This document shows positions 11,275 to 21,661 of a stretch of 64,000 nucleotides of DNA, one piece after another; the stretch's first letter is position 1, and each line of letters begins with the position of its first letter. The translations under genes were made by a program, and so were the position numbers. This DNA is from Naegleria gruberi (lineage: Eukaryota), in assembly GCA_000004985.1 (NCBI GenBank), contig GG738892.1; one strand, 5' to 3'. Under the pieces are notes generated by a model, which did not search any database, was not told the origin of the DNA, and saw nothing but the letters and a program-made list of their open reading frames with translations.

Positions 11275-12759
11275 TTATTTATGATCCTTTTCATTTTGTA
11301 CTGCCAATTTAATGGAATCTGTTTCTATTGGTGCATGTGCATCAGATACACGTTGGGATAATCTCTTAGTATCGACGCCGTACTGAACTACTGGCTCTGG
11401 GGTTGTTGGTGTGGTAGCCAAATTAATATTTACTTTTGGAAGTGCATCCATTACAAAATGAGTACTTGAATCCAATGAGTATCCATGAAGTTTATCCAAT
11501 CTCACAAATGGATCATGAGGTCTCTGACTCTCATCCACAGTTTGAACATTGGATCCATTGGCAAGTGACAGTTGGGCTCTACTAGTCATTTCTCTCATTG
11601 TTTGTAATCTTGCCTCCTCATATCTTTTACTCATTCTGTATCTATAATAAAAGTATCCACTCGATAATAAAATTGCCAATAGAATAATCAAGCTCAAAAT
11701 AACAGCAGTCACCACAATAGCTGTATCAGCACTTGCAGAAGTCAAAGATTTTGAATTGACAGGTTTGACATTGAAAGAGAATTGACATCTGTCCAAAATC
11801 TGATCATTCAATGAACAATTAAGTGCTGTTACTTGAACGTACAGAGTTTTGATTGAGTTTGAATTGGTAGTAAATGTGAGTGTTGACCTACTATCCTTAA
11901 GAATCAGCGTCTGATCTGATGACCAAACCAGATCCTCTTGAGTTGACAATTTCACATTAATTAATGAGACACGTCCAGTAGCATACGGTGAAACTGTCAC
12001 AGTGTACGATACCTTTGCATCCAATTCATTCACATCAATAACTCTACTTGAACAAACCTCACAAACATACTTCTCAGTCAACCCACTCGGAATATCCACA
12101 CTTTGCATACCCAAAAGTAATCGATCATAAACTCTCCACGTCTCTTCCAATGTAAACTTTGTAATAGCCAATGTATATTGCAATGATTTTTCTTTTTTCC
12201 TAATAATATACTTGTACTGATTCAACTTGGTATTTTCGGTAAATCTCATCTCTGATATCTGAATAGAACCTGATGGTTTTGATGATTGGAAAAGATCAAT
12301 TTCACCATCAAATTTTGCAGGATCTGCTTCAAAAGCCGATGGATCTGATAAAAAGGCAGTATATGAATTTACATTCAGATACATGAGAGAGAAGGAAATG
12401 TTTTGGAGATAGGTGCTTGGACTGACAGCATACGAAACAGTAACTTTAAAAGTTCCGAAAGTTGGAGTATCATTGGGAAGGGTATAGAATGTAGAGTTTG
12501 ATGGGATGGTGATGGTGTCACAGTGAATTGGAGAACAGGTTAGGATGAGTGATAAATAAATGCAAGTCAAGAGGAGTATTGTTCGATTGTTGGTGAAAGT
12601 GGAAGAAAGTTGATTATTGTGGTGGGAAATTGATGTGCTAAAAGGAAAGTATGATGTTTCTATTTTGCAATGCTTTGTCCATGCAGTTAGTGAACCGAAT
12701 GGCATTTTGTTTTGTTGGAAAGTAGAAGAATCCTTTCTACTACTTTCATAGTTTGACAT
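11275..12759 (-). CDS. predicted single-pass type I membrane protein (large extracellular region, TM near C-terminus, short cytoplasmic tail)
   Basis: Track ORF starts on TTG at 12768, and the first ATG is at 12759. Hydrophobic segment LLLTCIYLSLILTCSPIHC ~60 aa in (internal signal/anchor, or an upstream exon was missed); TM IVVTAVILSLIILLAILLSSGYFYY followed by RYRMSKRYEE. Confidence 0.4.
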   Translation of the reverse strand: MSNYESSRKDSSTFQQNKMPFGSLTAWTKHCKIETSYFPFSTSISHHNNQLSSTFTNNRTILLLTCIYLSLILTCSPIHCDTITIPSNSTFYTLPNDTPTFGTFKVTVSYAVSPSTYLQNISFSLMYLNVNSYTAFLSDPSAFEADPAKFDGEIDLFQSSKPSGSIQISEMRFTENTKLNQYKYIIRKKEKSLQYTLAITKFTLEETWRVYDRLLLGMQSVDIPSGLTEKYVCEVCSSRVIDVNELDAKVSYTVTVSPYATGRVSLINVKLSTQEDLVWSSDQTLILKDSRSTLTFTTNSNSIKTLYVQVTALNCSLNDQILDRCQFSFNVKPVNSKSLTSASADTAIVVTAVILSLIILLAILLSSGYFYYRYRMSKRYEEARLQTMREMTSRAQLSLANGSNVQTVDESQRPHDPFVRLDKLHGYSLDSSTHFVMDALPKVNINLATTPTTPEPVVQYGVDTKRLSQRVSDAHAPIETDSIKLAVQNEKDHK

Positions 12760-13260
12760 TTTTTTCAACTTGTGAAGGCGATACCATTCAAACGCTGTCG
12801 CTCATTCAATTTCCTTATCTCCATTTATTGCGATAAACACGATACCCGATAACTATTCTAGATATTGAATTCAAAAATTATTCGAAACCTACATTTTGAT
12901 TGAATATCCAAAAAATTGACAAAAATCAGAAATATAAACATTTAAAAAGAGGAACCTTGAATGAGGATTTGAACCTCAAGTCTGGCTATTTTTCTCTTTG
13001 CCATGCTTGTCCAAATTAAGCTTTCCAAAGTCACCTCTTCCTGGTAATCAAAGAATTTTGGCGCCAATCAAAATTTCGATCAAACGCGCAAACTTCAAAA
13101 TTTTGGTTTTTATTAAAATGAAAAAAATCCTTTTTACAAAATGTAAGCTTCAAGTCTAATACATGTAAATTCGGAATTGTTTGAAAAGAAATCCATGTTG
13201 ATGATATTTGAAAAGTCATTCCGAAAATCTTGATGAGTTTGCTCTTCCACTTTAAAAAAA

Positions 13261-15141
13261 ATGCGCCAAAATCTTGAGAGGGGAAAATCTTTAATGTCTG
13301 TTAGAAAATTCCGAGAGTCGAGGATCACAATGATGATGATCGGAATGTTATTGTTGATGGTAGTGGTAGGGTTGATGGGGTTGGTGAGTGCGGATAATGC
13401 TGGGGAAAAGAAGGAAAGAAAAAATGTGTGGATATTTACTCAACCATTGTTTTATGACCAGTTTAAGCCTTTGGTTGATCACTTGGTGAATGAGGATAAG
13501 TCTGTTGTTACTGTGTTGACACCTTACGATGCTTCGGATGCCTTTGAGCAATTTTTAACAAAGAGAAGGGCTGGTGAAGAAGCCAAGTTTAACCTTGTCA
13601 AATGTCCAATTGATACCAGAATTCCAACAAATTTCTACTCATCAATTATTGAGCCTGCCAACAAGAAGCAAACTTACTATGAATATGCCACTCATTTGAA
13701 ACATCAATGGATTGATACATATTTTGGAAAATCATTCTACAAGTGTGGATCTAGCCAATTAGAAAAGTCCAAGGTTGATGTAGTTGTTACTGATTGTCAT
13801 GCATTTGGTGCTATGGATTTTGCAAGCAGTTTCTCAAAGCCTCTTGTCATTTTGTGTCCAACTCTTGCTGGTCTTTCAACTATTCAACCAGTATCTCACC
13901 AAACTGGAAAGGAATTGTTCGAACCTAGATTCAATCCATTCAATCAAGTATCCTATCTCAAACTCTTTAATCAAATGATTCAATTAGATAAGACTTCATC
14001 ATATGCTACTACTATGGATCTTGTAACAAGAGGTCAATTCTTGAAGCAAAACTCTACCGACTTTATCAGATCTATGAATGAAGAGAATTTGGTTGGACAA
14101 TTCTTGAATATCGTTTCCAATATGTTCTCACAAACTCAATACCAAGCATTTTGGCTTTATGAACTCTTTTTAAACAATAGAAGATCAGAATATCTTCCAA
14201 TGAGAATTGCTGATGATACTAGCATTCTTGACATTGTCAAAACTGCTCATGTGTTCTACACTTCTGTTAGTGGTGTTACCGAAGATAGCTCTCTTAGAAT
14301 TCCATCAAATGCTCATTTAATTCCTCCACTTTTGATCAAACAAACCAAGTGGATCAATGTTGCTGAGAAGAGATTGTCAGAAGTCAAGACATTGGAGAAG
14401 AAGATGGAAAACAGAAATGTTATTCTTGTCAATTTAAGAGATTCATTCAAATTACTTCCACTATTTCTCAATAATTTGGAAACCATTGCTACCAAGCATA
14501 ATCATCTTGTTATTATTAATAAGAATGGTCTTAGCCAGGAAATCATCTCCAAATACCCATCCTTCGTGTTTTCTGATTTAAGAGCTGAGGAAAGAAACAG
14601 AATTCTCAAATCGTCCAGTATTAGATTCGTCATTACAAGTGGAGATTTATTATCGACCAGTGAGGTGATTGCTCATGGAAAGCCTGTTTTGATGGTTCCA
14701 TCCACTACTGAAGGATTTGCTGTTTCATTACAATTGAGTGGAAACTTGAAAATAGGACATGTTCTCATTCCATCATTTACTAACGAAAAGGTTATCCAAG
14801 ATGTTATGTCTAACTTCTTAAAGAATACTGAGCTTTATTCACAAGTTAAGATTACCAAACAATATTCCGACCTCTTCTCAGAAGGATCCAACATGTCTGT
14901 AAATATTCTCTCATCTTACATTCTTTCATTGGCTTCCAATAAGAACGTGCTCTCACCTTCATATAGCTTTGATACAAAGGCTGCATTGATTGTTGATACT
15001 TCAATTGTTGCTATTTGTATCCTTCTCACCCTTCTCATCATTATCTACATCAATATCAAAATTATGCTCAGAATTATTTCTCTTCTTTGCTTGTGCTGTG
15101 TAAAGTCCACTAACAAACCTAAGAAGGAAAAGACTGAATAA
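13261..15141 (+). CDS. UDP-glycosyltransferase (GT1/UGT)-like ER membrane protein, possibly catalytically divergent
   Basis: N-terminal signal/TM (MMMIGMLLLMVVVGLMGLVSA) and C-terminal TM plus Lys-rich tail (CCVKSTNKPKKEKTE), the UGT topology. Donor-binding region FVITSGDLLSTSEVIAHGKPVLMVPSTTEGFAVS parallels the UGT signature FITHGG..S..E.I.HG.P...P.F.DQ, but HGG is replaced by SGD. Confidence 0.5.
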   Translation: MRQNLERGKSLMSVRKFRESRITMMMIGMLLLMVVVGLMGLVSADNAGEKKERKNVWIFTQPLFYDQFKPLVDHLVNEDKSVVTVLTPYDASDAFEQFLTKRRAGEEAKFNLVKCPIDTRIPTNFYSSIIEPANKKQTYYEYATHLKHQWIDTYFGKSFYKCGSSQLEKSKVDVVVTDCHAFGAMDFASSFSKPLVILCPTLAGLSTIQPVSHQTGKELFEPRFNPFNQVSYLKLFNQMIQLDKTSSYATTMDLVTRGQFLKQNSTDFIRSMNEENLVGQFLNIVSNMFSQTQYQAFWLYELFLNNRRSEYLPMRIADDTSILDIVKTAHVFYTSVSGVTEDSSLRIPSNAHLIPPLLIKQTKWINVAEKRLSEVKTLEKKMENRNVILVNLRDSFKLLPLFLNNLETIATKHNHLVIINKNGLSQEIISKYPSFVFSDLRAEERNRILKSSSIRFVITSGDLLSTSEVIAHGKPVLMVPSTTEGFAVSLQLSGNLKIGHVLIPSFTNEKVIQDVMSNFLKNTELYSQVKITKQYSDLFSEGSNMSVNILSSYILSLASNKNVLSPSYSFDTKAALIVDTSIVAICILLTLLIIIYINIKIMLRIISLLCLCCVKSTNKPKKEKTE

Positions 15142-15306
15142 AAGAAATTTTTCCCTCAACTCGCTTACATACAATGCATCTCTAAAATCAATTTCGAACA
15201 GAAATTTAGCCCTTAATCCACGTGTACTGTACACTTGCCACCTCATAAGATAGTATTCTCCCTTAAAAAAATTAAATTTATTAAAAAATTTTAGTATTAA
15301 AAAAAA

Positions 15307-18300
15307 ATGGCTACAAGCTCTGCTCATCTCAACCAAGAGAAGTATTGCACCCAACTCATCAACTTTGAGACCAAGCCAAGTATTACCAAGAAACAACTCA
15401 AGGAAACTTTGGAAGCCAGTCCTCAAAATGTTACCGATGATGAAAAGATAGAAGCCATGAAGACTCTCTTGATGATGCAATTGAACGGAGAAGATTTCTC
15501 CCACTTGCTCATGACCATCATTCAATATGTTTTGCCAAATCAAAACAAGATGATGAAGAAGTTGGCCTACTATTATTTGGAAACTATGAATAGAAGAGAA
15601 CCAGGTAGTGGTAAGATGATTTCGTACCTCTTGATGTGCTGGTATGTTTGTTGTTAGTGATTATTGTTGTTTTAACAAGATTTTCTTCTCCTTGTTACTA
15701 TGATTATTGCTAATTTATTATCCTAATAATATTATTATCCTTGTTGTATAATCTTCTTCACAACACATCTCATATTGATACTTTTATTGTATACAATTAA
15801 TAGCTCCCACATTAGAAACGATCTCCTTCATCCAAACGAATATGTCAGAGGTTTTGCTCTTCGTTTCTTGTCTCGTGTTCGTGAACCAGAAATGTTAGAA
15901 CCTCTCATCACTCCAATCCTTCAAAACTTGGAGCACAGAACATCCTACGTCCGTAGATGTGCAGTTACAACCATCTTTTCTATTTACAGCAATTCTGATG
16001 AAACTAATGGTGAAAGTCTTATTCCTGATGCTCCAGAGTTGATGGAAGAATTCTTAAAGACTGAAACTGAAATCTCTGCTATGAGACATGCTTTCATCAT
16101 GCTCTTCCACTGCGATCAAGAAAGAGCTGTAAGATACTTGAGAGACATTATGAATACTGTCAGTCAACAAGGAGACATTTTCCAATTGGCTATTTTGAAT
16201 CTCTTGAAGCAAATGTGTAAACAATACCCAAGTGAAAAGGCTATTTATCTCAGAGTTATTAGTAGCTTGTTGGAATCCAAGTCAAATTCTGTTGTTTATC
16301 AATGCTGTTGTACATTAGTTTCCCTTTCTTCCTCACCAATTTCTATCAAGTATGCTGCCACAAACTTTATCAAGCTTTTGCAAAATCACTCTGATAGCAA
16401 TGTCAAGTTGATTTGTCTCGAAAGATTGACTGAATTGAAGACCAAGTTTGGTGTTGATGTTATGCAACAAGAACAAATTGTTCTCGACTTGCTTCGTACT
16501 CTTTCTTCATCAACTTCTGTCAATTTGGATAATGACATTAGAAGAAAGATTTTAGAACTCGCTATGGAATTGATTTCTCCATACACTGTTGAGGCTGTTG
16601 TTAATGCTTTGAGACGTGAATTGCAAAAGTCCAGATCTGAAACTGTCGAATATGAAAAGCAATCTGAACAAGAATATCGTAGACATGTTATGCGTACCAT
16701 TCACATTTGTGTCAGAAAGTTCCCAGACCAAACCAACGCCTCTGTTCTTACTCTCATTGGTTCTGATCAATATTTGAGTGATGCTTGTGGTGTTGAATGT
16801 GCCATGCTTGTTCGTGAAGTTATTGAAATTTCTTCCAATGAATTCCGTGCTAAGGTTATTGAAAAGTTGTGTGAACATTTTGCTACTATTAACAATGCCA
16901 GAACCTTCCGTATTGTTTTATGGATTTTGGGTGATTATTGCGATAGTGCTGAACAAATTCAACAAACCTTCCAAACTGTTAAGGTTGAATTGACTGAATT
17001 AATTCAAAATGTTGATGAATTGGCTATTGACAAGCCAGAAGAAAATGATGATACCATCAGCGATGCTGGTAGTTTGAGATCTTCGAAGACTACTAGATCT
17101 ACTGCTACCACTTCTGCCATTGGTAAGGACGGTACCTATGTTACTCAATTTGCTGATACTCTCACCAGCACTGAAGCCAACAACAATGCAGTTGCTTCTA
17201 CCTCTTTGAAGGGATTGATTGAGGAAAGAAACTTTTACTTGGTTTCTGTTGTTGCCAACACTCTCACCAAGTTGGCTCTCAAGTTCAAGCAAATTAACAC
17301 TAACAAGAAGGAAGTTAACAAGATGATTGCTGAGGTTATGAATATTTTGGCTGTTCTTATTCGTATTGGTTTGAGCTCATCTGGTGCCTCATCCAAGAAT
17401 ACTGAAGCTGCTAAGGGCGTTGCTGAATTGGCTCACAAAGGAATCAAGATGGACAAGGACACCCTTGAAAGAATCAATTTGTGCTTGAAAATTTTGGCTT
17501 CCAAGTCTGATGATGAACTCTCATTGCTTGATATTAACGACAATCGTGGTGCTTTCACTCGTATTCTTGAAGAAGAAAAGACTAGAGAAGCTGCTGAACG
17601 TGAAGGGCTCAAATCCAAGAAGGAATTGCAACAAATTCAATGTGACTCCCTCATTCATGTACCTCAATTGAAGGGAAGATCTATTGATGCTATTGACTTT
17701 GAAGATGATCCAGCTGATATTTCTAGAGCCACCTCTAACTTGTCTGCCTCTATGGCTTCCGATCACGAAAAGCTCATGACCAGATTGAGCCGTGTTACTC
17801 AACTTACTGGTTTCTCTGATCCAGTTTATGCTGAGGCTCAAGTTGTTACTCACCAATTTGATATCATGTTGGACATTTTGGTTGTTAACACCACTAACCA
17901 AACCTTCCAAAACTTGACACTTGAAATGAGTACTGTTGGTGATTTGAAGCTCTGTGAACGTCCACAAACTTACACTCTCGCTCCAGGTGCAAGACAACAC
18001 ATTACAGCCAACATTAAGGTTTCTTCCACTGAAAATGGTATCATCTTTGGTAATATTGTTTATGACACTCCAAAGGGTGAATCTTTCTGTATTATTCTTA
18101 ATGATATCCATATCAACATTATGGATTATATCTTCCCAGCCATCTGTAATGATATTCAATTCCGTGCTATGTGGTTCGAATTTGAATGGGAAAATAAGAT
18201 TACTATCAAATCTTTCACTACCGATGTTTCCCTTAGAGATTATCTTACACTGATCAAGGATGTTACTAAGACTAACTGTCTCACACCTGAAAGTGCTCTT

Positions 18301-18513
18301 GATGGTGATTGTGAGTTCTTGTCTGCCAATCTCTATGCTAAGAGCAGCTTTGGTGAAGATGCTTTGGCTAACGTTTCTTTAGAAAAGTTACCAGAAGGCA
18401 ATATTGAAGGTGTTGTCAGAATTCGTAGTAAGACTCAAGGAATTGCGTTGTCATTAGGTAATATTATTGCTGATCAAACTAAGATGTTTGACGCAAAGAA
18501 GTTGAAGAAATAA
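15307..18513 (+). CDS. SEC26: coatomer (COPI) subunit beta; join(15307..15641, 15804..18513), 162-nt intron 15642..15803 (GTATGT..AATAG)
   Basis: Exon 1 matches the COPB N-terminus (..LMMQLNGEDFSHLLMTIIQYVLP.. vs human ..[23 protein letters not shown]..). Exon 2 matches from ..RNDLLHPNEYVRGFALRFL.. through KVTQLTGFSDPVYAEA..IVYDTPKG to ..NLYAKSSFGEDALANVS. Phase-2 splice reconstructs ..LLMC-C-SHIRNDLLHPNEY. Confidence 0.9.
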
Positions 18514-18628
18514 ACTAATCTTTGAGTTTCTCAGATAAGTTCCTCTCCAAATTTTTGTGATCAATAACAATCAAGCTTAATACATTTGAACTATGGTCAC
18601 GAAATCATTTAGAGGTTAATAAATTAAT

Positions 18629-20847
18629 TTATGTAAGATTCTTTTTGAATATAGCTGCATCATCTTCTCTACTGTCCAGCAAACCTAGTAGGTTTGAAAT
18701 TTTGGCGAATATTGATGAAACTGAAAATGATCTACCACTTCTCGGTGTGGAAGGGCTGCTAGAGAGTTGTGTGAGCTTTTTGAGATTTTCTCGTGATTGT
18801 TGAGCAGCTTTCTTTTCCTCTGCATTCAACTCTTGTTCCTCATATTTGAGTGTGAGATTCTCCATCAGTCTGGAAGTGAGTCTAACACTGAATGAATATT
18901 TGAGAATTATATCAATATCCACATGCTCTGCAGTGTTATAGAGTTTTGTTGTTACTTCAGTCGCATTGGCACCTATAATTTCCTTCTTACTTAATTTCAT
19001 GAGACCAGCCATCAATCTTACCAACCTGTTAAAATTTGAACAATTAATTATCTCAGTTCAATGAAATAAACTTACATTTTCCAACCTTCATTGAGGAAAA
19101 TAGACCATATACGTTGCGAAGATGCAAAAGAGAATCTATTCGTACACAGTGTCATCAATATAGAACTGGCATACATTTCTGGAAGAATGTAATTCTCTTC
19201 TAGATGTTTGTGAATATCTGGAAGTCTCAACTTGATCAATTCTGACACCATGAACATAATCAACCTCAAACGTGGCAACCCCTCTGCAAAAATATCTTTC
19301 AATCCATGTTTTCCATTATTCATTATCTGAACAAAGAACCAAAAAGTGTCCTCCTCATCCTCCAGATTCATCAGTGCAAAACCACAAATAAAAGCCATTC
19401 CTTGACAATATCCTGTCTGCTTATCAAAGTGGCAATAGGCTTTCAAAATTCTAATAAGAGACATTTGACCTGGTCCATCCTTCTCACTGAAAAACTCGTA
19501 CTGTGGATAAGTTCTGTGAACATCTTTTAAAATTTTGTGAACATCGTCTTCCAGAATATCATCGTGCATTGTCAATTTTTTGTACAGACCAGGATACTTG
19601 TTAGAAAGCTCCTCAGACCCTACCATTCTCTTCCAAATAGTTTTGAGCGATTCCTTTGTTGGAATTCCTTCTCTGATTAATTTTCTGAATTGATTTGGAT
19701 TTTTTGTTACATATTCCTTATAGTTGGATGCTATTGATTCGAATAAATGAATTCTCTTACTATCGTGCTTGGATTCAAATATTATTGAGCTATATATTTT
19801 TGGTTGACTTGCATTGGTATTGCTAATCTCATTAACTGAAGGATAGTAATTAACAGCCTCATTCACTTTGAGTACAGATCCATTGCTACTCACTAAAATA
19901 CCATCAGTATCAGAGGATTTTACAGACAAAATATCTGAGCCCTTTAAATCTGATGATGAGTCTTCAAAATATCCATCTTTGACGTTTGAAATAATACCAT
20001 CATCATCATCAATATCACTCGAATATGTTGAGGTATCGTTTTCTATTTCACTATCATCGAAAATTTCTACATTATGCACAGGAGTTTCGGTTGATGAGGT
20101 TGTAGATGATGTTAATGCATGAAAATTGGTATTTACAACAATTCTTCTCGATATTCTTCGTTCTCTAACTTTAATAATTGATTCAGCGTCCAATTTTTCA
20201 CTTGAATTTGCTTGAACTTGTTCCTCCTCAACTTGTTTTACATTCTCTTCCGGTTCTACTATTGATACAGATTTTTCAATGTTTAATTCCGGTTGATTTT
20301 CATGTCTTGTTAATAATACCTCTTCATCGTGATGTTTATCCTCCTCCTCCTCCGATGATGCATTCCCTAAATCCATTACTTGCTCTTCTGTTGCAATTAC
20401 TAACACATTGCTATTAGTATCAACAATAGTTATTGATTTTTCTCCATTAGAATCTTCATCACAAGTAACAACCGATTCTGATTGCACAGTACTCGTACTA
20501 TTATTATTATTACTACACACAATCTTATCCACAACAATCGTACTATCACAATTATTATTATTATTAGTATTACAATCTATAACTTGTTCTTCTCCTCCGA
20601 TCGATAATTCTTCTTTACCATCATCAACAACATGACGATGATCCGATACGTTATTCATGATCATCATCTGCATCACGTTGATCTTCTCATCTTTAGTTTC
20701 ATTCATTTTCTTGTTGATTATTTCCTGTTGTTGATGCTGTTGATGATTATAATTTATCAACAATATCGATGGTGATCCTTCTTCATCACCCGTCGTGGAA
20801 CACGGCAGTGGAGGTTTTTCTGTCATGATTGTTTGATTTGGATCCAT
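18629..20847 (-). CDS. TBC-domain Rab GTPase-activating protein; join(20847..19076, 19025..18629), 50-nt intron 19026..19075 (GTAAGT..AACAG)
   Basis: Long low-complexity N-terminus (poly-N, acidic) then Rab-GAP TBC domain with Arg finger IxxDxxR (ILKDVHRTYP) and Gln finger YxQ (GYCQGMAF). Splice aaaat|GTAAGT .. AACAG|g restores ATG and continues ..NEGWKM-LVRLMAGLMKL.. in the frame of the downstream 131-aa ORF. Confidence 0.8.
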
Positions 20848-21661
20848 TTTTTTGTAAAAGATTTTATTGGCGGGATTAGGAGTTGAGGAGTTATGTGATC
20901 AGATATAGTCCAGAATTATTATTGTCCATATGAGCTATTTTGTTTCATCACTGTTTTATCTTCATTTGATATTATTCAAGATTCAACTAGTAACCAGATT
21001 GTTCAATTCAGAGAAAAGATTCATTCAATAATTTAGTTCAATGTCAAATATGTTCAATATAGCCTTCTGATTTTTTACAATGCTTAATAAGGATATGACT
21101 ATTTCGAAATTTTTCAATCAGGAATGGACAAGATATAATTTTGTTGTTTGAATATTTAAGGCCACAAGCCATAACAGAGTGATAAACGTTAGAATAAGTG
21201 GTTCCTATGATCACCTTTGTCATATTAATCATAAAAACAATGTCTTACACAGGAGGAGCATCTTATGAACAAATGGGAGAAGCAGCTGATCTTCGCGATT
21301 CCCATGAAAAAGGAAGTGAGGAGAGAATTGAATTGAATAAAATTGTTCACTGTAGGGAATATGAAGATGAATATGAACCACCAGGTGTATTTAGTGAAAA
21401 GGCGGAAGAAGTCCTTGAAAATTTAAGAGATGAGTCATCCAGGTAAAATAAATCTGTGAGTTTCACTCCATCAACATTCTTCTGATTCGTCTACTTTTGA
21501 AATTCAATTTATTTCATTTATTCAAGACTTTTGCATTCGGAATTTCAAGTTAAAGAATAAATGATATGAATTGAATTTCATGAAGTGAAATATTCCAATA
21601 ATTTGATGTAGGACAATAGTGGATCTATAGAGGTACGCTTCATGATGGTTATGTCTTAATC

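Noticed and set aside
21198-21446. 82-aa acidic ORF in the intergenic region between the TBC and 7TM-RGS genes
   Set aside because: No recognisable motif and no support beyond ORF length. It ends at a GTAAAA that could be a donor, but no downstream exon was found
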